Assembly: GCA_963772455.1 (NCBI GenBank)
Contig: CAVYXJ010000012.1
Coordinates: 1-64,000, forward strand
Direction of reading: 5' to 3'
DNA: 64,000 bases
Origin: Candidatus Bathyarchaeota archaeon
GTDB lineage: Archaea > Thermoproteota > Bathyarchaeia > Bathyarchaeales > Bathycorpusculaceae
Shown here in pieces: positions 53,349-63,783 of the stretch. The position numbers and the translations under genes are program-made. The notes beneath the pieces are model-generated. The model had not been told where the DNA came from. It made no database searches and worked only from the letters and a program-made list of their open reading frames with translations. Position 1 is the stretch's first letter. Each line of letters starts with the position of its first letter.

Positions 53349-53762
53349 TTGGGTGTTTACAAGAAAATATTTTTTGTTGGATTCGTAATTGTCGCTGTGA
53401 GCTTTGTAATAATTAATACTAACGCGTTAAGCCTATTCGAAAAACCTATCAATTTGGGGTTAATAGCTGAACAAGCTGTCATCCAAAAGGCATCATTTGA
53501 TAGTTCCAACAATAACACACTCTTGCTAAATGTTAAATCGTTATTTAGTCAAACTATTGTCTTTAATACTGCCATAATTAAGAATTCACAACAAAATACT
53601 GTCGCAACAATTGTTTCATTCCATCATGAGCTTCCAGCCCAAAATAATGTAATAGTACCAATTGACCTCAATGGCATTGGTTTGAGTTCTGGAAATTACA
53701 CAATAGATCTTTGGACAACAAAAAGTCATCATTTCTCTTCACCGTCGTTTACAATAAAGTAA
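53349..53762 (+). CDS. membrane-anchored Ig-like hypothetical protein
   Basis: N-terminal TM; LSSGNYTIDLWT. Confidence 0.6.
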   Translation: MGVYKKIFFVGFVIVAVSFVIINTNALSLFEKPINLGLIAEQAVIQKASFDSSNNNTLLLNVKSLFSQTIVFNTAIIKNSQQNTVATIVSFHHELPAQNNVIVPIDLNGIGLSSGNYTIDLWTTKSHHFSSPSFTIK

Positions 53763-53870
53763 AATAGCAGAAGGAATTCTTTCGACAAAAATATATTTTC
53801 ATCCTAGCATTTTTGAACGTTTCTAAAGAATTAAATATGTTAGTTAACCTAATTTAGCTGGGTTTAATGG

Positions 53871-54092
53871 ATGGATAGAATCAAAGCTCTCGAAGTAATG
53901 AAAGAACTTATTGAACATCAATTCATACATGCGGCTAATGTTTCTTTGCAATGGGATAAAGGCAATGTTTACAGTCTTATTTTGAAGAGTGGAAACTCGC
54001 TGTTTTTAAGCGCGTTTACTTCTGATAGAAATTTATCAGTACATGAGAATAAAGCTAAAGGCATTGTTAAAATATCTTCTCATGACCCATAG
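53871..54092 (+). CDS. small hypothetical protein
   Basis: 73-aa ATG ORF with a TATA-like element upstream. Confidence 0.55.
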   Translation: MDRIKALEVMKELIEHQFIHAANVSLQWDKGNVYSLILKSGNSLFLSAFTSDRNLSVHENKAKGIVKISSHDP

Positions 54093-54270
54093 TTCTTCAT
54101 TATTGCTTACCTGATTTTCATTGCAGAGCATAATTCATCAAGGGTCACTATTATTTGATCATATGTGAAAATATTAATTAAATAAAGTCTTGTCTAAGGC
54201 AAAATGGTTTTTTCAAATTTTTCTTTTTGAATAGGCAAGTAAGGTTAAAACTAAAAAACATTATAGCCTT

Positions 54271-55422
54271 TTATGCGCCTAATGGAAGCTCAATATTAAA
54301 GCGTGTCCCTTTCCCTATCTCGCTCTCAAATGTGACTGTACCGTTTAATGCTTCAGTGAGTTTTTTAACTACTGCTAATCCAAAACCTTGACCTTTAGGC
54401 TTTGTTGTAACCAAAGGCGTAAAAATTCTGCCTCTTACTTCAACGGGTATCCCTTGACCCGTATCTTCAACACTTAGAAACACTTTGTCTTCTTTGCGTT
54501 TCACCTTTATAGATATTTTTCCGCCATTTGGCAACGCTTGTATTGCGTTAGAGATCAAATTTGTAAGTATTCTCTTCATATAAGTTGGGTCGGTCTTTAA
54601 GGCCAGAGAATTATCGTCAAGTGAAAGAGTTATTCTTACAGTCTCTGGAACATCGGTTGTTGATAATACATCTTGAACGATTTTTTCGATAGCAACTTCT
54701 TCAAACGTTGGCTTTGGTGGCTTAGCATAATCTTGTAAATCATTAACAATCTTGTTTATGTAAGACAGGGATTCTTCTATGTTGCTGAGACCTTCTTTAA
54801 AGCATTCTTTGACTTCTCCTTTAGGTAGAGATTCGATTTCGTTTTTCAACAGGTATGTTTCTCCAAATATTGATTGTAATGGATTTCTTATATCGTGCCC
54901 AATCATGCCTGCGGTTTGTCCTATTGCTGAGAGTCTTTCAGCATTCTTAAGTTGTTCAACCTGTTGTAAAACGAGCTTTTCCAAATCATTCATTTGTAGG
55001 CTGAGTTTTTTTTCAAGTTCTCGCTTTTCTGTGATGTCTTCAAAAATGGTGACAGCGCCTATAATTTCACCTTTTGAATCAGGTAGTGGAGCTGAGGTTG
55101 AGGAAACAATTATTCTTGAACCATCGGGCCTTTCAATTATTGCTTCGTCATTAACTATTTTTTGTCCTCTAAGAGCACCATTTGCTGGAAGTTTTTCGGA
55201 AGGATAAATTTCGCCATTTGGTTTAAGTAGCTTCACCATTTTTTTTGACAGGTTGCAGATTTCCAGTCCTATTGGGTTGATGCCATAAAGCTCGATGGCA
55301 CGGTCGTTAGCGTATGTAATTCTTCCTGTCGGATTTTCAAGAATAATTATGCCTACAGGAACAAGCCTCAAAATTGAGTATATTCCAGTTCCAGCAAATT
55401 CACCATTAAACTTGTTTGGCAC
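54271..55422 (-). CDS. cytoplasmic PAS-domain sensor histidine kinase
   Basis: PAS/PAC, GHDIRNPL H-box, NLISNA, DTGQG, GQGFGL; no response regulator in the window. Confidence 0.92.
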   Translation of the reverse strand: MPNKFNGEFAGTGIYSILRLVPVGIIILENPTGRITYANDRAIELYGINPIGLEICNLSKKMVKLLKPNGEIYPSEKLPANGALRGQKIVNDEAIIERPDGSRIIVSSTSAPLPDSKGEIIGAVTIFEDITEKRELEKKLSLQMNDLEKLVLQQVEQLKNAERLSAIGQTAGMIGHDIRNPLQSIFGETYLLKNEIESLPKGEVKECFKEGLSNIEESLSYINKIVNDLQDYAKPPKPTFEEVAIEKIVQDVLSTTDVPETVRITLSLDDNSLALKTDPTYMKRILTNLISNAIQALPNGGKISIKVKRKEDKVFLSVEDTGQGIPVEVRGRIFTPLVTTKPKGQGFGLAVVKKLTEALNGTVTFESEIGKGTRFNIELPLGA

Positions 55423-55626
55423 AGTATCCCCTAAGTTAAGTACTTTTTAAAAATAAGCTCTTTGTTGCATATAATTATTTTGTAATTTCAATTCCTCGTT
55501 GCTTGCGGGGAGAATACCTCTTAGAAGCAAAATCCATGCTGTAGTATCTAGTTATGAGCATTTAGGAAACTTGAATGAAAAAAGATATAGTTAATAATTT
55601 AACAAATCTTTATTCAAAAGACCCTA

Positions 55627-56530
55627 ATGAAACATGAGCATCAACCAAGAATAGATAAACTATCCGATATCCATGAGTACAAAGGAGCTACAAAAAAGCG
55701 TCTTTTACTTTCTATGATCATCACCGCCTCAGTAATGGTTATCGAAGTCATCGGAAGCACGTTAACAGGCAGCTTGGCATTAGCAAGTGATGCAGCACAT
55801 ATGTTTACGCATTTGTTTGCGTTAGCAATTAGTTTTACAGCCATTATAATTGCATGTAAAAAACCATGCCACCATAGAACATATCGGTTACTTCAGAGCC
55901 GAAATTCTCGCCGCTTTGTTTAATAGTATTTTCCTTTTTGCAGTAACCGCATACATATTATACGAAGGGATAGAACGGTTACTAAATCCGCAACCAGTTT
56001 TGGGCTTTGAAATGTTTTTGGTTGCCTTGGCGGGGTTGGCCGCGAATGGATTTAGCATACTCATTCTTCGCAACAGCATGAGAAACGACCTAAATGTTAG
56101 AGGAGCTTTTCTTCACATGTTTGCAGATGCTGCATCCTCGGTCGCCATCATATTTGGAGCAATAATTGTTGCTTATAGTGGATGGTATTTTATTGACCCG
56201 CTATTAGGAATAGGGATATCCGTATTGATTTTTGTTTGGGCATACGGGCTATTGCGCGACTCCATTAATGTTTTAATGGAAACTGCTCCAAAAGGCATGA
56301 ATATTGACTTGGTAACAGCGCAAATTAAGGAAAATATTCCTGAGGTGGTGGCAATAAATGATATTCATATTTGGGAAATTACTTCTGGAATGTATTCTTT
56401 AACTGCTCATGTAGAGGCAAATATAACTGATGAGAATATAGAGGATATTATCGCTAGAATAAACAAGTTGTTGGCGGATAAATTCGCAATCGAGCACACG
56501 ACATTACAAATTCAGCCCAAGAAGATATAA
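55627..56530 (+). CDS. cation diffusion facilitator (CzcD/ZitB-like), frameshift near 55883
   Basis: SLALASDAAHMFTH, RAEILAALFN, RGAFLHMFAD, DIHIW, HTTLQ. Confidence 0.88.
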
Positions 56531-56676
56531 TAAGTCCCCGTTACCGGTGGCCTTGAAAAGATTCTTTTTCAACATTAATTGTTTGCAAGACAGAGTCCTT
56601 ACTTGCGAGGAGGGCACTGTTGAGGGGGTTACTCGCTAAGCGAGGTGTCTTGCTTAATAAGTAAAATTTCTGATGC

Positions 56677-56967
56677 TCATATTGATTTGCACCCCGAGAT
56701 TTCGGGGTGTCGGGTTAATTCATCAAGACATTTGTTTAGCAATATGTTGTCTCCGACTTTAGATACCAATGAGATAGGCAAGCATGCGGTTGAGCTGCCA
56801 ATTCTTTTCTTAAATCCAAGGTCTTCGGATGCTGATTTTGACAACTTGATATGTAAATGGGTAACTTGCCAAGTATCAACATTAATTTCTACTCCATTAA
56901 TCTTTCCAAGGTCAAAACCGCCTGCACAAATTACGAATTTATCTGAAAGGTCTTTGAAGGTAACCAA
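56677..56967 (-). CDS. PRC-barrel domain protein
   Basis: LSDKFVICAGGFDLGKI...DTWQVTHL...VSKVGDNILL. Confidence 0.75.
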   Translation of the reverse strand: MVTFKDLSDKFVICAGGFDLGKINGVEINVDTWQVTHLHIKLSKSASEDLGFKKRIGSSTACLPISLVSKVGDNILLNKCLDELTRHPEISGCKSI

Positions 56968-57155
56968 ACATAAACACCACTTTTAGTACATTATATCTTT
57001 GAATATAATACTTTTCATAGTGCTCTCGCTTTGGAAGTGTTTTTTAGGTCTTAGGGCACCAAAAAACGGCTTTCTGATTTCTCTCTTGTGCAGACATAGA
57101 GTAATTCTTTGCTTCTTTACAAAAAAGGAACAATCCGTTAATTAGACAGTTGAAT

Positions 57156-57470
57156 TGGGCTGGTGTGTTGGTTGTAACCCGCCTTCTGTTGTCTGTGGCA
57201 TTCGGCTAATCGGGCTACCCGCGCCTTCCGGTAGATTCTTCATCGGCGACTGTTTGCCCTTTCCACATGCAGGACGGCCGTTTCACCGCTTCCAGCCCAG
57301 CACACTCGACATCACAAATGTCTCATAGCCTATCTGGGTGGACGTTTCGTTTCTGCTCCGTTGCCAAGGCTCTCGCCTTGTTCCCTGCGGAACTGCACTT
57401 CTACTTGTGGGCGGAGTTTCCTCAGACCCAAATTTTGGGTCCGAAAGCCACACACCAACTCGCCAGCCCA
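57156..57470 (-). ncRNA. rnpB: RNase P RNA
   Basis: P4 halves GAGGAAACUCCGCCC and AACAGAAGGCGGGUUA; GCAGAAAC and GGUGAAAC T-loops; terminal P1 ugggcugg/ccagccca. Confidence 0.96.
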
Positions 57471-57576
57471 TCACAGAAAGCTAAGTCGTGAGCAATAAAC
57501 ATACTCGTAACACTAAACCCTGAGCATTCAAATAATAACTAATGCGCAACCAATAATTATCACAGCTATCCAACAT

Positions 57577-58164
57577 ATGTTCATGAAACGAGTCATACTT
57601 ATAACAGGAACGCCATGCGTTGGAAAGACAACGACAGCAAAACAACTCGCCGCCAAAATAAGCGGACAATACTTAAACTTAACCGATTATGCTAAAACAT
57701 ACGGCTTAACGTTGGGTGAAGATACAGAACGAAAAACCACAATTATTGATGAAGAAAAAATGCGAATCAAGTTAGCTCAAACAATAGAGGCATCAGAAAA
57801 TAACAATATTATTGTAGATGGGCATTATGCAGCTGCAGTTACCCCAACAAATCTAGTAAACAATGTTTTTGTTTTGCGGCGAAATCCCAAAGAACTTAAA
57901 GAGTTCATGCTAAAATGTGACTTTAATAATGCCAAACTAAATGAAAATTTGTCAGCTGAAATTCTTGATAGTTGCCTTATTGAAGCTATGCAAACACAGC
58001 AAGGAAAGGTTTGCGAACTTGATGTAACAGGAAAAACTGTGGATGAAAATGTGGCAGAAATCCTTAGCGTTTTGAACGGAGACAAGAAATGCTTTGTTGG
58101 AGTAGTGGATTGGCTTGGTCTTCTTGAAAGCGAAGGCACATTAGATGAATATCTTAAGGTTTAG
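57577..58164 (+). CDS. adenylate kinase AK6/Fap7 family
   Basis: ITGTPCVGKT, IVDGH, ENLSAEILD. Confidence 0.9.
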   Translation: MFMKRVILITGTPCVGKTTTAKQLAAKISGQYLNLTDYAKTYGLTLGEDTERKTTIIDEEKMRIKLAQTIEASENNNIIVDGHYAAAVTPTNLVNNVFVLRRNPKELKEFMLKCDFNNAKLNENLSAEILDSCLIEAMQTQQGKVCELDVTGKTVDENVAEILSVLNGDKKCFVGVVDWLGLLESEGTLDEYLKV

Positions 58165-58527
58165 TTATCGGAAGCTGCCGATTTTCTGTTTGGTTAGCAA
58201 TGTTATTTTTCGTCTATTGCTGTAGGATTTGGCGTGGTCGCTGAATTTTTCGCCAATCAGAATAGGACTTGATAAATCAACATCTTCAGATGATGTATCC
58301 AAATGAATAATGACGTTAACTCCGATTGTTCGGTTCCAGTCACGGACCCAAACACCCTGTTCTAAGCGTCCTTTTTGAACAATTAAGTCAAAATGCCGTG
58401 CAACGCCACTTTGTCCTTCCAATTTGATGTTTTCGCTATTAACTTTGTAACCTTCCTTCTTGAAGTATTGAATCGCCAAATCAGTCAAATGAGTTCTAGA
58501 TTTAAACTGGTCTCCATCAACGGTCAT
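58165..58527 (-). CDS. restriction-endonuclease-like (Mrr_cat-type) small protein
   Basis: YFKKEGY, EGQSGVARHFDL, FSDHAKSY; catalytic ExK appears degenerate. Confidence 0.6.
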   Translation of the reverse strand: MTVDGDQFKSRTHLTDLAIQYFKKEGYKVNSENIKLEGQSGVARHFDLIVQKGRLEQGVWVRDWNRTIGVNVIIHLDTSSEDVDLSSPILIGEKFSDHAKSYSNRRKITLLTKQKIGSFR

Positions 58528-58598
58528 AATGCTCGCTCTACCCTACCAAACAATTAATGAACCTGTGTGATGAAAAGCCTTTCGGAAGCAACCCAAAA

Positions 58599-58820
58599 AT
58601 GGGTGTAACACTCATCATAAAATGTACTCAATGCGGCGGTTTGACGTTAAGCCCTAAGGGTCAGAAAACAAAAATATGCCCCTACTGCGGCTCAAAAATA
58701 ATTCTTCTAAAAGCCCAAAAGGTAGTTGCCGCAAGCACAGCCATTGAAGCTTCTGAGATATTGCGCAGATTAAAAAGTGAACAAAAAATTAATCACAAAA
58801 AACCTAGCGGACATGCCTAA
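58599..58820 (+). CDS. zinc-ribbon protein (DUF1922-like)
   Basis: CTQCG...KTKICPYCG. Confidence 0.75.
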   Translation: MGVTLIIKCTQCGGLTLSPKGQKTKICPYCGSKIILLKAQKVVAASTAIEASEILRRLKSEQKINHKKPSGHA

Positions 58821-59742
58821 GTAACTCACATGCTTTACACATATCGAGCGCAGAAGGTTCACCACATTCACTACATGTTTTAAAATCTTCTTTTTTAGCA
58901 GTTTCCTCAAGTGCTGGTCGAAGACGTTCAATGGCTTTTGAAACAGTGAATTTTGTTCCTGCATGTTTTTCTTCCATGCGGTTAATCATTCCTCGAATGT
59001 CATTACGAAGGGCTTCAGAAGCGTATGGACAAGGAGTATCTTGGAACTCGATTTGTTTGGCATATGCATAAAGTGCACTTTCTTTTTCGGGGATTTCGCA
59101 TAAAGGCTTAATCTTTTGAACAAACATTGGGTGCACTTCACTTGTGACTGGTTTCTCTTTGGCTAATCTTGCTATGTCTCCGTGGAAAATATTCATTAAA
59201 ACCGTTTGTACCTCATCATCAAGGGTATGTCCGGTAGCGACTTTGTTGGCTTTAACTTGTCGTGCTCCAGCGTTGATAGCTTTGCGTCGCAGAACACCGC
59301 AGTAAGCGCAAGCAGTCAATTCTGTTTGCCCGTTTTTTCTTGCTTTAGAAATCATTTCGTCGAGTGTAAAACCGTAGAGATCTTTGAATGAAACAATGTG
59401 ATGTGGGATTTCAAGTTTTTTGCAGTTTGCTGCTGCAATTTCTAAAGCTTCATCACGATAGCCCTTGATTCCCTCATCCACTGTGACTGCTGTAAGGTTA
59501 GTCTTTGGCCTGGACCGTTTGAGTTTAGCTATTATATGAAGTATACTTAAGCTATCTTTTCCACCTGAAACTGCCACAGCCAAATGATCATTATAGCTTA
59601 GCATGTGGTAACGGGTAATTGTTGCTCTCACTTTTGCTTCAATGGATTCGGTGAAACACTTTTTGCACAAGCGCTCGCCTGAGTATTGTCTGTAAAAAAA
59701 GGCTTCACGAGTTTTGCATGCGCTACACACAGGTGTATCCAT
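58804..59742 (-). CDS. tRNA 2-thiolation protein, NcsA/TtuA (TIGR00269) family
   Basis: N- and C-terminal Zn fingers, SGGKDS PP-loop, CAYCGVLRR, TGHTLDD, CPY; start taken at ATG 59742. Confidence 0.9.
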   Translation of the reverse strand: MDTPVCSACKTREAFFYRQYSGERLCKKCFTESIEAKVRATITRYHMLSYNDHLAVAVSGGKDSLSILHIIAKLKRSRPKTNLTAVTVDEGIKGYRDEALEIAAANCKKLEIPHHIVSFKDLYGFTLDEMISKARKNGQTELTACAYCGVLRRKAINAGARQVKANKVATGHTLDDEVQTVLMNIFHGDIARLAKEKPVTSEVHPMFVQKIKPLCEIPEKESALYAYAKQIEFQDTPCPYASEALRNDIRGMINRMEEKHAGTKFTVSKAIERLRPALEETAKKEDFKTCSECGEPSALDMCKACELLRHVR

Positions 59743-59963
59743 TGGCTTTCCTTCATTGCTTGATTGGTAAATTAGACTAAATGAAGGTTTAGCTGAAGAT
59801 AACCCAACTTCTTCCACACATCTTTCTTTTTTTCTTTCCGTTGCAAATAAAGTCTTCTTATGCATGAAAATCTAACCAAACAACCATAAACCACGACGAC
59901 CAAAATTGCCTTATGCCAAATTTAAATATACTTGTTTTCTAATAAAATATAAGAGGCTTTTTA

Positions 59964-60275
59964 ATGGGAGATTCTGAACAACAGTATTTAGAAAAAATAT
60001 CCAAAACCAAATTTAATTCAAGTAAAAAAGTTACTGAAATTCTAGACGTTTTTGGCAAGTCACAAAAATTAAAAGCTGAATCATTAAAGAAGACTGAAGA
60101 AATGATGACAAAAGCTGCAAGCGATTTGGAGAAGCTTGAACGCGATAAGGGAAAAAACCAAGATTTGTCCGCTGAGTCTCAGAAAAAAATTAATGACGAG
60201 ATTGCAATTGCTAGGAATGAAGTACGACATAAGTATGACGAACTAAAAGCGCGAATTGTTAATCGGTTAGAATAA
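59964..60275 (+). CDS. coiled-coil hypothetical protein
   Basis: Charged heptad-rich 103 aa. Confidence 0.65.
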   Translation: MGDSEQQYLEKISKTKFNSSKKVTEILDVFGKSQKLKAESLKKTEEMMTKAASDLEKLERDKGKNQDLSAESQKKINDEIAIARNEVRHKYDELKARIVNRLE

Positions 60276-60342
60276 AACTGCCTAAGAATAATCAAGTAAC
60301 GAAAAAAAGAAAAAAATATAAATAAAATAAAAAATTAAAAAA

Positions 60343-60930
60343 GTGATAAAAATGAGTGAGAAACCTTCTAGTAAAAGTTTAGTTGATAAGTTACCAGGCG
60401 GTTTAAAAAAGAATCTTTCTCCTGGCGAAGAAGTTATCAGTTCCCTCAACAGCTTCGTTATAGCTGAACGAACAAATTACATAGTACTTACGAACATTCG
60501 CCTTATCTACTTCGACGAAAAACATTTGGGTAGATACGACTTCAAATCATTGCCTTTGCAGAAGGTACTTCAAATTAGTGCGCATAGAGGCGCAGTTGTA
60601 TGGGGAGAAGTTACGGTTAAAATGGAGGACGGTGCTATTTTTACGGTGGAGAGAGTAAATCGCGGGGATATGGCTAATTTTATTGATGCTTTGGAAATTG
60701 CATATAATGGTATTGCGGTTGAGCCGGTTTCAATGAAACGTAAAGGTGAGCTTCTTGGTATGGCGGATTGGGAGTTTAATAAGCCTAAGGAGATGATTTT
60801 TAGGCAGAATACTTCTGTTCAAGCTCAATCTGTTGAAGACCCGTCAGTTCAGTTGAAATTGAGGTTTATTAAGGGAGAAATATCTGAAGAAGAATATAAA
60901 ACCAAACTTAGGGTGTTACAAGAGAAATAA
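60343..60930 (+). CDS. PH-domain protein with C-terminal SHOCT
   Basis: LSPGEEVI...IVLTNIRLIY; LKLRFIKGEISEEEY. Confidence 0.8.
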   Translation: MIKMSEKPSSKSLVDKLPGGLKKNLSPGEEVISSLNSFVIAERTNYIVLTNIRLIYFDEKHLGRYDFKSLPLQKVLQISAHRGAVVWGEVTVKMEDGAIFTVERVNRGDMANFIDALEIAYNGIAVEPVSMKRKGELLGMADWEFNKPKEMIFRQNTSVQAQSVEDPSVQLKLRFIKGEISEEEYKTKLRVLQEK

Positions 60931-60943
60931 AACGCAGATACAT

Positions 60944-60992
60944 TTGGTTGGATTAAGTAATCCAGCCAATCTTGTTTAATTTATTTTTTTTT
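60944..60992 (+). terminator. hairpin plus T-tract downstream of the PH-domain gene
   Basis: ttggttggatta/taatccagccaa stem, then a 9-T run at 60984-60992. Confidence 0.55.
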
Positions 60993-61197
60993 GAGGATAG
61001 GCTTGAATAACCAGTCTTTGCATTTCTACAGTAGCTTTAGCCCAGTAGTCTGTTTTGGGAAAAGTTGCCTATTAAAATAGACTGGCCTTAACGTTGAAAC
61101 ATTACTACTGTAGTAAACCAACCAGAGGGTAGCTCTAATCTTGAAGGATTGGAGGTAACGCAACAAACCATTGTAATAGCCCAAAAATACATAGAAA

Positions 61198-61917
61198 GTG
61201 CGGCGCTTTAAATTGGCTGTTAAAACAACTAAGCATGACGAATACAAAGAGGTTACTTATTCTAGTTTACGTTGGAAACAACTAACGGCTCTTAGGAGTA
61301 AAGCAGTTTGGGTAATGGAGGCGCTTGAGGATTTTCATTTGAGTTCACTTACGCATGGAAGCATAGCTAGAGGCGATGTAAATCAGGGCAGTGACGTTGA
61401 TGTGTTCATTCCTGAAGTCCAAAGCAGTTTTGTTGTTGAAACAGCTCTGGAAAAAGCAAAAATACCAATAAACTCAAGGTTAATTGTTCAAGCAACGCCA
61501 ACCTATGCAATGAAAGCCCATGTCGAAATTGACGAGAAAACAACCGTTTCATTTCCCCTTATGGAGATGCGCCGAGTGGAGAGAGAATTTTATGGGTTTG
61601 GTGGCGAAGTGAACCTGAAACAACTAAAAATGAATGCGCGTGTCGCTGGTGTAGATAAACGGCTTATGCTCATTGATCCTACAGAGAAAGGTCACGTGGA
61701 AACCAGTGTCATCGGAAAAGAAGAGGTTACCGCTAGAATTTTGGAAATTGCAGCTGAAACAGTTTTTGATAGAGTACACGCTTTAATAAAACGAGATACT
61801 GTTGGGCGAACTGGTGTTTTTGTTAAAAGAGAGTTGATGCAAGAAGAAACTTTTGAGTTAGCTTTAAAAAAACTCGCTGAGTTAAATCCTGCAGTTAGAC
61901 GAAGAATGAAAAAATAG
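61198..61917 (+). CDS. Pol-beta-superfamily nucleotidyltransferase
   Basis: HGSIARGDV...SDVDVF, EFYGFGG, GVDKRL. Confidence 0.88.
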   Translation: MRRFKLAVKTTKHDEYKEVTYSSLRWKQLTALRSKAVWVMEALEDFHLSSLTHGSIARGDVNQGSDVDVFIPEVQSSFVVETALEKAKIPINSRLIVQATPTYAMKAHVEIDEKTTVSFPLMEMRRVEREFYGFGGEVNLKQLKMNARVAGVDKRLMLIDPTEKGHVETSVIGKEEVTARILEIAAETVFDRVHALIKRDTVGRTGVFVKRELMQEETFELALKKLAELNPAVRRRMKK

Positions 61918-61918
61918 G

Positions 61919-62488
61919 TTATGGGGGAGCGGGGTAGTATATGAGTTCTTTTTCTTCGAGTAGCAACTGAATTTTGTCGACTGCTTCGTAGACTTGTTCT
62001 TCTTTTTTAGCGCCTACACAGACGAGTTTGCCTGCTGAGAAAATTAGGAATACTACTTTTGGTTCGTCCATTCGGTAGACTGCGCCCGGGAATTGCTCGG
62101 GTTCATACATGACTTTGCTGAGTTTGTAGACGAGGCTTTCTAAGTCTATTTCGCCGCCTAATTCAGCGGATGCAACGATGTTTTGAATCATTACAACTGG
62201 TTTCTCTGTAATTTGGATGCCTTCGCCACGGAGTTCTTTAACTACCTTTTCCACTGCACTACGTGATTCTTTTTCTGATTTAGCACCTGTGCAGACCATT
62301 TTGCCTGTTCCGAAAATGAGAGTTGCTGTTTTAGGTTTTTTTAGTCTGAAAACAAGTCCTGGGAACACGCTTGGGTTATATTCGGTTTGGGGGAATTTTT
62401 CAACGATTTTTTGTAAGTCGATTTTCTGGTTAAGTGAGACTGAGGCCACAATGTTTTGGATCTTAATGATTGGTTTTCTTTTACTCAT
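61919..62488 (-). CDS. tbp: TATA-binding protein
   Basis: Two repeats QNIVAS...YNPSVFPGLVFR / YEPEQFPGAVYR...GKMVCTGAK. Confidence 0.97.
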   Translation of the reverse strand: MSKRKPIIKIQNIVASVSLNQKIDLQKIVEKFPQTEYNPSVFPGLVFRLKKPKTATLIFGTGKMVCTGAKSEKESRSAVEKVVKELRGEGIQITEKPVVMIQNIVASAELGGEIDLESLVYKLSKVMYEPEQFPGAVYRMDEPKVVFLIFSAGKLVCVGAKKEEQVYEAVDKIQLLLEEKELIYYPAPP

Positions 62489-62693
62489 GTCAAGTCACGG
62501 TTAAATATTTAAAGAGAGGAGGGGTATATAAAGCATCTATTTATAAAGGGTCTATAATTGCTATTTAATTATTAATCTCATTTATTAAAGTACAAACATG
62601 CTTTACAATACATGTTTCTATTGTCTTGTAGTTTCTCAAAAAAAAATCAATTCATAATTTCTGTAGTGTTCAATTCACCATAATCGGAAGAAA

Positions 62694-63783
62694 TTAATTG
62701 GCAGTATCTCGATATATTTGAAATCTTAGCAAGGCAGCTATTCCACCCAGCGCTATGAGTTTTGCTCCAGCTTCATGTTCTGTGCTTACCACTGTTACAG
62801 ATGCATTTCGCTTTTCCACTTGATGCATCAAATCTTCAAGTTTTAGCCGTTTTGCTTCGTCTACATCCCTAAGAGTAGTGTCTGCGACCACAAGCTTCTC
62901 CACTGCACCCATCAATATCGCATTTTCCACTGCATCCAAGCCATAAGTAACAGTTCCTTCACCTTTACCCAACCGCTTCATAACTTCCTCCATAGTCTCC
63001 GTTTCATCCACAATACGAAGTTGATGGGAAGCTTTCAACAATAAACCCGAACGAAGAGCCTCGTAAATACCTGATGTACCTCCGTTGTTGACGCTTTTTA
63101 CATCAACAATGGATTTTGACATTTCCTTGGCTTCTTCGGAAAGATAACTAACAAAATCACCCTTAACAAAACCCACCCCAATAACCACAATTAAACTATG
63201 GCTGTGAACCCACAATTGGCTTAGGCTGTTTAATGCTCTTTTGAAATAAGCTTTGGTTGCTTCCACACGCTTATCCGCTTCTTGTTTACCAGGCAACCTC
63301 ATTCGTTCTTCCACACGAATCTCCACACCATACTGTTTGGTTTCGGCAATGGCAAAGCCTTCGTCGTCGATCGAGATTATTAATAGAGGTTTTTCAGATT
63401 CACTTGCCCTGATAATACGGTCAAGAAGGTGTTTTGGCCATTCCTTTTTAACGATGGTAACAGGTTGATTCAACGCTACACTAATAGTATGATGAGCTCC
63501 TGTAGGAACTATGTCGGGGGCATGGCAAATTGTACCATGAACACGCAGTTTTCCTAAAAACTTGTCCCAGCCAACCGAAATCACATTTACACCCATAAAT
63601 GCTGAAAACCGCTCGCCACTTTTAGGGCGTGATCCTTCAGTGTCGCTTTTTAATGGCTCTTGAACTGTAAGCGTAAACCTCATCACCCGTATAGATGACG
63701 TTGTATAAGTGCCAAAGGTCATCTGGCGAATCTGGAACCACTTTCATGAAGCCTTGGGGTAGATTCTTTTCAATAATCTTCAA
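62694..63783 (-). CDS. pelA: Pelota (Dom34), frameshift at an A-run near 63648
   Basis: TTG 63783 MKIIEK...DDLWHLYNVI..GD joins ORF 62694-63722 (LRVHG, GAHHT, HEAGAKLIALGGIAALLRF). Confidence 0.9.

Noticed and set aside
57267-57491. ORFs of 63-74 aa
   Set aside because: They overlap the RNase P RNA gene.
62524-62538. gtatataaagcatct as a seventh motif copy
   Set aside because: Needs an indel, lacks the CCCAAACACA half, and coincides with the tbp TATA region.
238-63468. Numerous antisense or nested ORFs in the track (e.g. 238-432, 712-945, 11710-12126, 54779-55207)
   Set aside because: Shadow frames of well-supported genes.
1-63783. About ten split genes (ccoN, 8.1 kb and 8.8 kb genes, REase, 28 kb gene, MMPL, mfnA, 49.6 kb gene, CDF, pelota) as pseudogenes or programmed frameshifts
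   Set aside because: Each has an isolated indel with otherwise intact motifs, conserved genes such as pelota are affected, and there is no shared slippery site; assembly error is more likely. Read polishing would settle it.
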